A stretch of 38,445 nucleotides of DNA from a virus: the IMG/VR virus record IMGVR_UViG_3300012924_000005, one strand, 5' to 3'. The notes below the pieces were generated by a model that saw only the letters and a program-made list of their open reading frames with translations, did no database searches and had not been told where the DNA came from. Positions 9,068-17,170 of the stretch are shown here, piece after piece. Both the position numbers and the translations under genes were made by a program. Position 1 is the first letter of the stretch. Every line of letters begins with the position of its first letter.

Positions 9068-9519
9068 GCCGCCTGGCTCCAGATGTCGTTAACGATAACT
9101 GGTATCGTTATAGTCATTACGCGCATTAAGCGCTTGTCCTGTTCGAGATATCCAGCCTTGGCGTATAGGGGTGGGCCATACGCACCAAGCAAATCAATCT
9201 CCCTGACGGACAGGTTGCCACCCAGTTCAAAGTCTCCCGAGTACTCCGTCATCATGGCATCGGTAGCTATGATGATCTGGGGGTCTATTCCGTCCTGTGG
9301 CTCCTGTGTCATGTTCATGTAGATGCGCCCCATGAACGCCACCCGGCCACTCGTGCTCGCCAGGCCCGAGTCCCTGATTGGCTCGATCACATCAACCCAG
9401 AGCGCATACGACACGCCAGAGCGAGGGGCGCTTTTGGGCTCATGGCCGTTGACACGCTCGAATTGCCCAGTCACTAAGGCATGCGATACGAGCGCATCAA
9501 CAATCCCTTGCGTGTTCAT
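9064..9519 (-). CDS. tail terminator candidate (151 aa)
   Basis: The call rests on position (after the gp10-like gene, before the tube) and size only. ATGA overlaps. Confidence 0.45.
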   Translation of the reverse strand: MNTQGIVDALVSHALVTGQFERVNGHEPKSAPRSGVSYALWVDVIEPIRDSGLASTSGRVAFMGRIYMNMTQEPQDGIDPQIIIATDAMMTEYSGDFELGGNLSVREIDLLGAYGPPLYAKAGYLEQDKRLMRVMTITIPVIVNDIWSQAA

Positions 9520-9902
9520 CCGGTCAGCCTTGCAATCAACCTGCGCAGCGCGGCGTCTACCAGGTAGGGCACTTTGGCCTCTACCTTCTGCGTCGCCTTC
9601 CGGAAAGACGCATAGCCCCTGAACCGCGTTGCCCGGTTACGCGTGCTGACGCCCTCAAGCCATGGCCCGTAGATGATGCCACGGTCGTGCACTAACTCTT
9701 TGTCGCCATCATGATCACGCATAATCTGCGTTTCGTAGTATGGCGTCGGATGCACGATCTGTGCATTGAGGAACTCGTGCACGTCCGCAAATGCCTGCTG
9801 TGCTACTTCCTCGCGCGCCTCGCGCATGAAGTCATGGACCACCGCCCCGCGCCGCTGAAACCACGGACCCGAGTATGTGACGTTGACCTTGATCATCATC
9901 AC
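9516..9902 (-). CDS. HK97 gp10-like head-tail joining / tail completion protein
   Basis: 128 aa with ...IIYGPWLEGVSTRNRATRFRGYASFRKA..., which resembles the gp10 family. Position also fits. Confidence 0.55.
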   Translation of the reverse strand: MMMIKVNVTYSGPWFQRRGAVVHDFMREAREEVAQQAFADVHEFLNAQIVHPTPYYETQIMRDHDGDKELVHDRGIIYGPWLEGVSTRNRATRFRGYASFRKATQKVEAKVPYLVDAALRRLIARLTG

Positions 9903-10945
9903 ACCGCCCGGGTGCGGGCTTGACGGGCGTGCGCCTGTATGGCCCGGTCCCGGATGTCGCGCAGCCCAGCGCCGCTGGCGTTGCGTGCCGTCTCCCCGGC
10001 GCCAACCGTCCGGACGTACGCCGAGGTCTCTTGCTCCAGGGAGTTCAGCGTCTCCGCCACCGACAGCGCCCGGATGAGCCGGGGTGGCACGAACCGCGCG
10101 ACCGGCGCGGCGTTGAGGTGGGTGGCTGCCGTGGTCCCGAGCGCCCCGCGCTCGACGGTCAAGGTCCGCGGGGCGTAGATGGTCGAGCCGGCATGCGCCG
10201 CCAGGACACTCCCGTCAACCGCGCGTCGCACAATCAGGCTGTTGCCCGCGATGTCCACGATCTGCATGCGCTCGGCATCAAGCAAGAGCGCCTCGTCAAG
10301 CGCGAACGCCGCGCCGTTCGTCACCGCAATCAGCGTCTCTGCTACCGACGCGCCTACAGGGGTCTGCAACGTCTGCCCCGTCGTCAATGACGACTTCTCG
10401 GTAACAATCAGACGCTCATTGTCGATCCGAATGATCTGCCCTACGCCGATTGCGGCAGAGTCAGTGACGTTGCACGTCGTAACGCTAGTGGTGCTAATCG
10501 CGGCAGCGAGAGACCCGGCAGCCTCTTCGTCATTGCGGTACCCGAAGAGACCTGCGATCTCGATACTGCGCTGAAAGGTGTTTGGCCCAGCGGAGAAGAA
10601 CTTGCCTGCCGCAAGATTGATTTCTATCCACGTGAAGGGGGGACCCTGATTCACCGGCTCAAGGTTGAACTGATTCGAGGTCAGCGTCACGCCACCACTG
10701 ATCAGAGAGGTAACCGTGATTACTTCATCCTCATCCAACCACAGCCGCCACGGCCGGGCGTACTGCGTGTTCGGCCAGTCCTTGTAGCGAGAGGCGACGG
10801 TCGGGTAGAAGACCCGATTCATGTCGCCGTCAATCGCTTCGCTGGATGAGCGAATAAGTCGATCGATTTGACGATTCGCTCGCGCGGAATCCTTAATATC
10901 GAGGGCAGACTTAACGTCTTCCCTCGTGCAATAACTCACGCCCAT
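9899..10945 (-). CDS. head-tail connector (gp6-like N-terminus) with a long extension (348 aa)
   Basis: The N-terminus MGVSYCTREDVKSALDI resembles gp6-like connector proteins. The remainder is unassigned. Confidence 0.5.
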   Translation of the reverse strand: MGVSYCTREDVKSALDIKDSARANRQIDRLIRSSSEAIDGDMNRVFYPTVASRYKDWPNTQYARPWRLWLDEDEVITVTSLISGGVTLTSNQFNLEPVNQGPPFTWIEINLAAGKFFSAGPNTFQRSIEIAGLFGYRNDEEAAGSLAAAISTTSVTTCNVTDSAAIGVGQIIRIDNERLIVTEKSSLTTGQTLQTPVGASVAETLIAVTNGAAFALDEALLLDAERMQIVDIAGNSLIVRRAVDGSVLAAHAGSTIYAPRTLTVERGALGTTAATHLNAAPVARFVPPRLIRALSVAETLNSLEQETSAYVRTVGAGETARNASGAGLRDIRDRAIQAHARQARTRAV

Positions 10946-11005
10946 AACCCTGCCTTGCTTTCGTGGCCTAGCCGCTTATGCGGCGGTTGTGGAGCAATTC
11001 AGTTG

Positions 11006-12718
11006 TTATGTTGCGATGCCGTGTGCCGGTCCCGTAGCGTCTTCCGGCCAACGGTACCCGTCAAAGCGGCAAAAGAGAAAGCCCCTCGGCCCTTCGGACA
11101 GCGGCTCTCCGTCATTCGGACAGGCAACCGGTGCCGCATTGTCGAAATCGCGTCGTAGCTCTTTCGCCTCTTGAATGATTGATAGCAATGACCACCAGCT
11201 AGCCACGTCAACATCACCCGTCCCCACGGAATCGGCAGATGCTTGAATCACCACCATGGCCTGCAAGCTTCCGCTCGCCACCATGGCGCTCTGCCCTCCC
11301 ACGAGCATACCGGCAGTGACGATCATGGCCGCGTCACCCCGGGCATTCACTCCCGCAGCGGCCGTCACCGCGCAGCTGGCCACGAGCGCGCCATTGATGG
11401 TCGGTCCCGATACCGTCGCACCTGCCGCAATCGTCCCGGTGCCAACCAGCGCGGCGCCGGCCACCGCCGCCAGCTGCCCCGCCCCCGCGGGCGCCCCGGC
11501 CCCGGACAGCGCGGCGCCCGACGTGAGGGTCCTGGTCACGTCCGCTGCGAGCGTTCCTGAGCCGGCCAGCGCCCCCGCCGCGGACGCCGCCAGTTGGCCG
11601 GCTCCAGCCAGTGTCCCGGTCTCCGCCAGCGCGGCGTCGATCGTCGGCCCCGCGGCCCCGATGGTCGCGCTCGCGCCGAGCGTCCCGGTGCCCGTCAGCG
11701 CGGCGTTAGCCACGGCAGCAAGTTGGCCAGCGCCCGCGATCGCCCCGGTCTCAACGGGTGCGGCGCCCGACGTGAGGATCCTGGTGGCGTCGGCAGCGAG
11801 GCTCGCTGTCTCGGTGAGGGTGGCCCCTGCGACGGCCGCCAGTTGCCCCGTGCCGGCCAACGCCCCGGTCTCGGCAGCCGCCCCTGCGGACGTCAGGTTC
11901 CGGGTAGCAGTGGCCGCGATGGTGCCGGTCTCCACGACCGCCGCGCCGGCAACAGCGGCAAGCTTCCCGGTCCCCGCGATCGCGCCGGTCTCAGTGAGCG
12001 CGGCAGCGGAGACGGCAGCCAGTCCCCCCGTCGCGGCCTCACTGCCGGTGCCGGTGAACGCCGCGTCCCCGGAGACCGCGCCGCCGCCGGCCGACTTCAC
12101 CAGGATCGTGAAGGTACCGCACTGTTTCGCTGTGGGCGAAATGCTCGACCACGTTTGTGCGCCGGTTGCACTGCCCGACGACAGCGCCTTCCAGGAGGCT
12201 GCCAGCCCCTGGAAGAGCACGCTCGCTTGCGTCTTGCCGAGGTCGGTCAGGCCAGTTGGCTGGACGTAGCTCAGCAGGTTGCCACCACACGAGTTCGTCA
12301 GGATCGCAATATCAACATCGTTTGTGCCGGATGGCGTAGCCGTCGGGCTGTCAAGCGTCGCGCCATTCGATGCGCTGTTGCCGGACGTGACGACAAGTAC
12401 CGGCGTCGTGTCGGCACCAGTAACCCGCACCAGCACCCAGGCACTACCAGCTCCGCTGTTATAGCTGAATGTCCAGCTCGACGGGTCGCCTCCGGCAACC
12501 ACATGCGTGAACACCTTGCAGCGCTGGCCACTGATGTTGACGGTCGTGGCATTCGCGGTCCATCCGGATGGCGTACCGAAGTCAGTGAGTACGCCGGAGT
12601 CAGCTGATCCGACAACCACCAACAAGTCACCAGCCGACGCTCCGGCTGGTTTATTGATCGTCTGCGGGGATGCCGAATCGCTGTTGTAGAAGACGGCCTC
12701 GGCGACGGTCGCACTCAT
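11006..12718 (-). CDS. repeat-containing virion-associated protein (570 aa; head or tail fibre candidate)
   Basis: Long ORF with a globular N-terminal region of about 210 aa. It then carries about five 40-aa A/G/T repeats and ends in ...WWSLLSIIQEAKELRRDFDNAAPVACPNDGEPLSEGPRGFLFCRFDGYRWPED. Confidence 0.8.
   Translation of the reverse strand: MSATVAEAVFYNSDSASPQTINKPAGASAGDLLVVVGSADSGVLTDFGTPSGWTANATTVNISGQRCKVFTHVVAGGDPSSWTFSYNSGAGSAWVLVRVTGADTTPVLVVTSGNSASNGATLDSPTATPSGTNDVDIAILTNSCGGNLLSYVQPTGLTDLGKTQASVLFQGLAASWKALSSGSATGAQTWSSISPTAKQCGTFTILVKSAGGGAVSGDAAFTGTGSEAATGGLAAVSAAALTETGAIAGTGKLAAVAGAAVVETGTIAATATRNLTSAGAAAETGALAGTGQLAAVAGATLTETASLAADATRILTSGAAPVETGAIAGAGQLAAVANAALTGTGTLGASATIGAAGPTIDAALAETGTLAGAGQLAASAAGALAGSGTLAADVTRTLTSGAALSGAGAPAGAGQLAAVAGAALVGTGTIAAGATVSGPTINGALVASCAVTAAAGVNARGDAAMIVTAGMLVGGQSAMVASGSLQAMVVIQASADSVGTGDVDVASWWSLLSIIQEAKELRRDFDNAAPVACPNDGEPLSEGPRGFLFCRFDGYRWPEDATGPAHGIAT
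11384..12058 (-). repeat. in-frame tandem coding repeat, period about 120 bp, about 5 copies
   Basis: Alternating 20-aa half units ETGxxAGxGQLAAVAGAxLx and ETGTxAAxATRxLTSGAAxx begin at aa 243, 283, 323, 366 and 406. Confidence 0.85.
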
Positions 12719-12737
12719 GCCTTAGCCGCCTTCCGGC

Positions 12738-13034
12738 CTAGAACGGTCCGCTAAGCAGCTTCAGGAACGTGCGAAAATCCTTCGCTGTCGCAAGGTTCGC
12801 GGTGCCCTCATAGATGGTACGCAGTTGATCGGCATCGCTGTATGCCGATTTGAGGCGCGACACCTCGTCAACCGGGGTTGTCGAGTACCCCAGCGCCACC
12901 AGGTCAGCGGTTGTCTGCGTCAGTAGCCATGCGTTGAGCCTCTTGATCCGGGCAAATACGCCATCCAGATCAAGGCTTATCGAGCCGGACAGCCGGTCGA
13001 TGTCGCTCTTGCTAGTAGGAAGACCTACGGACAT
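12738..13034 (-). CDS. hypothetical protein (98 aa)
   Basis: ORF track. GGAGGGG is the RBS before the ATG. Confidence 0.7.
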   Translation of the reverse strand: MSVGLPTSKSDIDRLSGSISLDLDGVFARIKRLNAWLLTQTTADLVALGYSTTPVDEVSRLKSAYSDADQLRTIYEGTANLATAKDFRTFLKLLSGPF

Positions 13035-13056
13035 TGCCCCTCCCCCCGAGAATTGC

Positions 13057-13443
13057 CTACGCCGCGATCGGCGTAAAGGTGAATGTCAGGGTCGACAGTG
13101 TCAGCGTGTCGCCATTGATCACGGCTCGACTTGCGGTGAGCGCCACGGAGAACAGGAAGTTACCCGCCGACGACGCATCCCATACCGAGATATGCGAGAT
13201 TGTCTCCGTGGTTGTCATCGACCATGAGGGCAATGTAGTGGTGATCGCCTTAGCGCCAGCCGACGCTGCGCTCCACGTGATCGCGGACCGTGTCGTCACC
13301 GCGCCAGCATTCGAGGTACCAGCCGCGCCGGGATCTCCGACATGCAGCTTGGCGAACGAGCCGGCCGGCGCAGTGAATGCCGTACCCGCCAGCATGTCAA
13401 GCCACTTATTCGCCAGCGTCGTTGCTGCCATTCCTGTCGTCAC
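13057..13443 (-). CDS. hypothetical virion protein (128 aa)
   Basis: GTG start preceded by GGGGAGGTG. The protein is Ala/Thr/Ser-rich and looks beta-rich. Confidence 0.7.
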   Translation of the reverse strand: MTTGMAATTLANKWLDMLAGTAFTAPAGSFAKLHVGDPGAAGTSNAGAVTTRSAITWSAASAGAKAITTTLPSWSMTTTETISHISVWDASSAGNFLFSVALTASRAVINGDTLTLSTLTFTFTPIAA

Positions 13444-13699
13444 TCGCAGTCACCTCCCCATGTGTCACGGTTGCGTCGGCCTCGACGCTGATTTCCCAGC
13501 TCTGCTTCTCGGCAAGCAGCCGAGCGGACGTGTCGGCCAGCCACTTACGGGCGGCCTCCGTCAGATACTCATCCCACTCGGCATTGCCGGTCCGGATGTC
13601 GATCACAGGCAGCTCCGTGCGTTCGTCAGGCACGGTCCCGAGGGCTGCGGGCAGGATGTCGGCGTTTGACACCCTGCCGTCCGCATGTGTTTTCGGCAT
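13406..13699 (-). CDS. hypothetical acidic protein (97 aa)
   Basis: The ATG at 13699 overlaps the upstream TAA (TAATG). The track ORF starts further upstream at 13753. Confidence 0.6.
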   Translation of the reverse strand: MPKTHADGRVSNADILPAALGTVPDERTELPVIDIRTGNAEWDEYLTEAARKWLADTSARLLAEKQSWEISVEADATVTHGEVTASDDRNGSNDAGE

Positions 13700-14166
13700 T
13701 ACGCTGCCACCACCTGAGAGCCGTTCTCGTACGGCACATAGGTCATCGACCATTTGATCGCGCCCGTGTTCGTGGCAGCTGTATTCAGCTTGATGCCACC
13801 GATCGGAATCACGAGGCCACCCCGGGTCAGGCTCAGCGCAGCCCCGGCGTTCGTGCCGGAGAGCGCGGTAGACAGCGCGGTGCCATCCAGCGAGATCAGT
13901 GCACCCACTTCGAATGCATTGATGTCGAGCGTGCCCGAGATGTCTTTCGACGTGCCAGTCGTCGGAACCGACTTGATCTTGATGGCGTTCGCCTGAGCCT
14001 GAATGATCGTCGTCACTTCGCCCACCAGCGAAGTGAGGATGATCCGACCACCCGAGACGGTGAAGATCGTCAGATCGGTAGACGCGGGCAGGGTCGAGGT
14101 GACTCGATCCACCTTGATGCCCATCGCCAGCTGGCGGATGTTCGCATTCGCAATGATCGTCGTCAC
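13699..14166 (-). CDS. hypothetical virion protein (about 155 aa)
   Basis: The GTG at 14166 lies just after the stop of the upstream ORF, with GGGGGTG as RBS. The track ORF (to 14283) would overlap the upstream gene. Confidence 0.6.
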   Translation of the reverse strand: MTTIIANANIRQLAMGIKVDRVTSTLPASTDLTIFTVSGGRIILTSLVGEVTTIIQAQANAIKIKSVPTTGTSKDISGTLDINAFEVGALISLDGTALSTALSGTNAGAALSLTRGGLVIPIGGIKLNTAATNTGAIKWSMTYVPYENGSQVVAA

Positions 14167-14167
14167 G

Positions 14168-14596
14168 TCACACCCCCAGCGCGGGCAGGTTGCTTGGCGT
14201 GCGCTGGTGATACAGGTCATGCGTGATGGCCGTGACAGTGGCCGCGCCGGTCGATGTGAGCTTAACGTACTTGTACGTATCACTTAGCCAGGTGCCGTCG
14301 ACGTAGCACGCCATCGCGGACTGTGCGGCGGCGGCCGTAGTGGTGATCGTCGCAAGGGCCGCCTGCGTCGCAGCGGTCCACGCATCGGTGCCGTCACCGG
14401 TCGAGAGCCACCACTTCGCCAGGCGTACGAGGTTCTGCGCACCCGTGCCGGCAGCGTCCTTCGCCTCCTGAAGAGTGAACACATCACCCGTGCTTGCCAG
14501 GTACCCGAGGAACGTCACACCTTCACTATTGTCCAGCCGCACCCAGTTACCGTCAGCCTTCGGCGCAAGGTTGAACAGCCTTCCCAGACCTTCCAT
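14168..14596 (-). CDS. hypothetical protein (142 aa), first gene after the capsid
   Basis: ORF track. GGAGAGG lies 8 nt before the ATG. Confidence 0.7.
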   Translation of the reverse strand: MEGLGRLFNLAPKADGNWVRLDNSEGVTFLGYLASTGDVFTLQEAKDAAGTGAQNLVRLAKWWLSTGDGTDAWTAATQAALATITTTAAAAQSAMACYVDGTWLSDTYKYVKLTSTGAATVTAITHDLYHQRTPSNLPALGV

Positions 14597-14674
14597 TTTC
14601 GTGCCTCTCCGATCGGGGTTTCAATGCCGATCAAGTTGACCCTACCGGGATACCGTATCCCTCGGGCTAGAGCG

Positions 14675-14744
14675 TGCCCCCGGCCCGGCTCGAACGGGCT
14701 GCCACCCTGCTTACGAATCCCGCAAGGCATTCGTGGGCGGAGGC
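14675..14744 (-). ncRNA. tRNA-like element (non-canonical), 6 nt downstream of the major capsid stop
   Basis: On the minus strand: GCCTCCG, then 38 nt, then T-arm GCCCG-TTCGAGC-CGGGC, then CGGGGGC and A. The acceptor pairs 7/7 with one G-U. A 15-mer GGCAGCCCGTTCGAG is identical to the element at 31667-31736. Confidence 0.45.
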
Positions 14745-14750
14745 GGCTGA

Positions 14751-16247
14751 TCAGCGAGTAGCGATTTGCACGAACGGAGAAAGCGTGGAACCACCGTTCT
14801 TCGGAGTGATGGCAGACTGAATCCACGGCCGGCCATCGACGCGCTCGATGATGCGGAACGCCGTCACGTCATTGCCAAACTTGTAGTGCTCGCTCGACAT
14901 CGCGCTCATGACCTGACGATCACCGATCAAGTAGTAGCCCAGATCCGCGAACACGATGTCACCGGTCGTGCCGACCACCGGAGACTTCTCGGTGAAGATC
15001 ACCGGCCGGCCGAGGATCGTCATAGGCGGACCCGCCTGGCCATTGGCCAACCACACCGGCGCGCCGCCCGTACCCACACTGAGTGCCATGGTGGCCAGCT
15101 GCGGGAAGGTGTCGATCGACGCGATCCACACCGCGCTGCCCAACGAGCTGGGCAGCATCCGGGCGAACATCTTGACGAGGTTCTCCCAGACGATGGTGCC
15201 GGTGGGCTGGCCAGCCTCAGCGGCCACGGCCACGCTGGCCGCGCAATTGATGAAGCCGAGCGGCTCGCCAACTCCGGTGCCGCGCATGAACGCGTAGTCC
15301 TCGTAGAACGCCAGCCCGGCCGGGAAGATCTGGTCGATGAATGCCTGGAAGCTGATGGCGGAATCCGCAATCAGCTCATTCGGCACTTCGGTGTACGCGG
15401 TGAGCTTCTTCGCGTCCAGCACGACGCGGGAGAACTTCGCCTGCGACACGGTGAGAGCGGCAGCCTCTTCTGTCCAGTATCCGACAATGCCGCCGTACAC
15501 ACTGGACACGTTCGACGTGGTGTCGATCGAGGGGAACGGCACCCGTAGGGTCTCCATCGGGATGACCCGGGCGCGCTGTCGAACCACTGACTGCTCCAGC
15601 GCCACGGCTAGAAGCTCGGCGCGCAGCACCTCGGGGATCAGGAAGCCGCCCTCGCTCGGCACCGTGGAACTGAAGGCGTTCTGGAAGGTGCTCCGCAGCT
15701 CCGACCCGGCGTACCCCCGCTGGCCGGCGTTGTGCCAGACCACGTTACGGAACAGCTCCCCGGAGCCGCGCATGTTGCGGTACGGGGCGTCGAGCTGCGC
15801 GCCCATCGCGTCCGGGTTGTGCGTCGCGTTGAAGCGCGGCGACGTGGTCTCGATCGCCCGACGGGTCGCATCGACGGCGCCGCGCAGGTCGAGGTGCCTC
15901 AGCGCCTCCGGCTCATTTTCCTTGAGCCACGCGGTGAGCTGCCGCTGGGTTTCCTCGCGGACCTGGACGGCGATAGACGCATCCTTGTCCACGACGGTCT
16001 TGGCGTAGTTACCAATGAACTGCTTGAACGTGTCCGGATTGGCGAACACGTTCCGCATGGTGGCCGGGTCGCCGAGCATCGCTTCCAGCTCAGCGGCGCT
16101 GGTCGGCACCGGCACGTCGACCGGGGCCGCGCGGTTGAATACCTTGCCCACGTCACGGAGATCGATCCCCGCGCTTTCCAGCATGGCGAATTGCATCTGT
16201 GCAGCGCGCGCTTCGCGTACCGCGCGGGCGGTCATGACCTTACTCAC
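14751..16247 (-). CDS. major capsid protein, HK97 fold, with an N-terminal delta/scaffold-like region
   Basis: 498 aa. It has a coiled N-terminal region of about 110 aa followed by ...GGFLIPEVLRAELLAVALEQSVVRQRARVIPM.... It follows the protease with a GTGA overlap, and GGGAGG is the RBS. Confidence 0.9.
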   Translation of the reverse strand: MSKVMTARAVREARAAQMQFAMLESAGIDLRDVGKVFNRAAPVDVPVPTSAAELEAMLGDPATMRNVFANPDTFKQFIGNYAKTVVDKDASIAVQVREETQRQLTAWLKENEPEALRHLDLRGAVDATRRAIETTSPRFNATHNPDAMGAQLDAPYRNMRGSGELFRNVVWHNAGQRGYAGSELRSTFQNAFSSTVPSEGGFLIPEVLRAELLAVALEQSVVRQRARVIPMETLRVPFPSIDTTSNVSSVYGGIVGYWTEEAAALTVSQAKFSRVVLDAKKLTAYTEVPNELIADSAISFQAFIDQIFPAGLAFYEDYAFMRGTGVGEPLGFINCAASVAVAAEAGQPTGTIVWENLVKMFARMLPSSLGSAVWIASIDTFPQLATMALSVGTGGAPVWLANGQAGPPMTILGRPVIFTEKSPVVGTTGDIVFADLGYYLIGDRQVMSAMSSEHYKFGNDVTAFRIIERVDGRPWIQSAITPKNGGSTLSPFVQIATR

Positions 16248-17170
16248 TTGCTTGCCTCCCTTACGGCATTGCGAAACATGTCAGAGTCAAACATGAATTC
16301 GTTATCTCCTGGCTGCGCGCCACTGCGCACAGCGTCGAGCATGACCCGGCGAAAAGCCTCCGGATCGAAGATCATTTCGAGTTCGGCCGCATCTGTCGGC
16401 AATGCGACAGCCAGCAACTCCGGCGCACGCGGCCCCCGGTAGCCATACGCTGCCGGCTCGAACCGTGCCGACATGTCGGGTTCCGGCTCAGCGCCTGGCG
16501 GTTCCGGGACCTCCGGCGGGTCCGGAGCTTCGGGTACCCCCATCGCCCCCACGATGCCGTCCGCCAGGCCGGCGTCTACCGCCTCCTGGCCGGTGTACCA
16601 GGTCTCAGCCTGCATGCGCGTGCGCCAGTCCGCCACGGTCCCACCGGCCCGGTCCGCATAGAACTGCGCGATCGTGTCACTGCACTTGTCCAGCAGGTTG
16701 GCCGTGGTGCGCATATCTGCCGCATTTCCGATGCACAGTCCAGAGCCGTCATGGATCATCATCATGGCGGACTTACTGATTGTCACCGTATCGCCCGCCA
16801 TGGCGATGACCGACGCGATCGACGCGGCCAGGGCATCCACGAACACGTTGACCGTGGCAGCGTGCGCCGACAGCGCAGAGTGAATCGCAATGCCGTCGAA
16901 CACCTCGCCACCCGGGGAGTTGATATGCAAGTTGATCGTGTCGGCCTGAAGCGACATCAGCTCCGACACGAAGTCGCCTGCTGTAATTCCCCAGAAGCCG
17001 ATCTCGTCATAGATGTAAATGTCCGCCAGACCCCCGCTGCTCAGATTCTTGATCTGATACCAGCCGTTCCGCCCATCGATCTTCTGCGCGTGCGCCCTAT
17101 CTCCCTGTGGACGTTGCGCATATGCGGAGCGCAGCCCTTCGGGCAGGAAGCGCACAAGGTCTATCGTCAC
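16244..17170 (-). CDS. capsid maturation protease, ClpP/S14-like
   Basis: INSPGGEVFDGIAIH...ALAASIASVIAMAGD...MMMIHDG, with a Pro/Glu-rich linker and a C-terminal tail. Confidence 0.88.
   Translation of the reverse strand: MTIDLVRFLPEGLRSAYAQRPQGDRAHAQKIDGRNGWYQIKNLSSGGLADIYIYDEIGFWGITAGDFVSELMSLQADTINLHINSPGGEVFDGIAIHSALSAHAATVNVFVDALAASIASVIAMAGDTVTISKSAMMMIHDGSGLCIGNAADMRTTANLLDKCSDTIAQFYADRAGGTVADWRTRMQAETWYTGQEAVDAGLADGIVGAMGVPEAPDPPEVPEPPGAEPEPDMSARFEPAAYGYRGPRAPELLAVALPTDAAELEMIFDPEAFRRVMLDAVRSGAQPGDNEFMFDSDMFRNAVREASK

Noticed and set aside
11384-12058. A CRISPR array, or a diversity-generating retroelement template/variable repeat pair.
   Set aside because: The repeats are contiguous, in frame and diverged, with no unique spacers. 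They lie inside a long ORF. No reverse transcriptase or cas gene is present anywhere in the window.
14648-14662. The palindrome GGGATACCGTATCCC downstream of the capsid-associated tRNA-like element, considered as a terminator.
   Set aside because: The arms are separated by a single base, so only a weak 5-bp stem can form, and there is no U-tract. It may contribute to 3'-end structure but is not convincing on its own.
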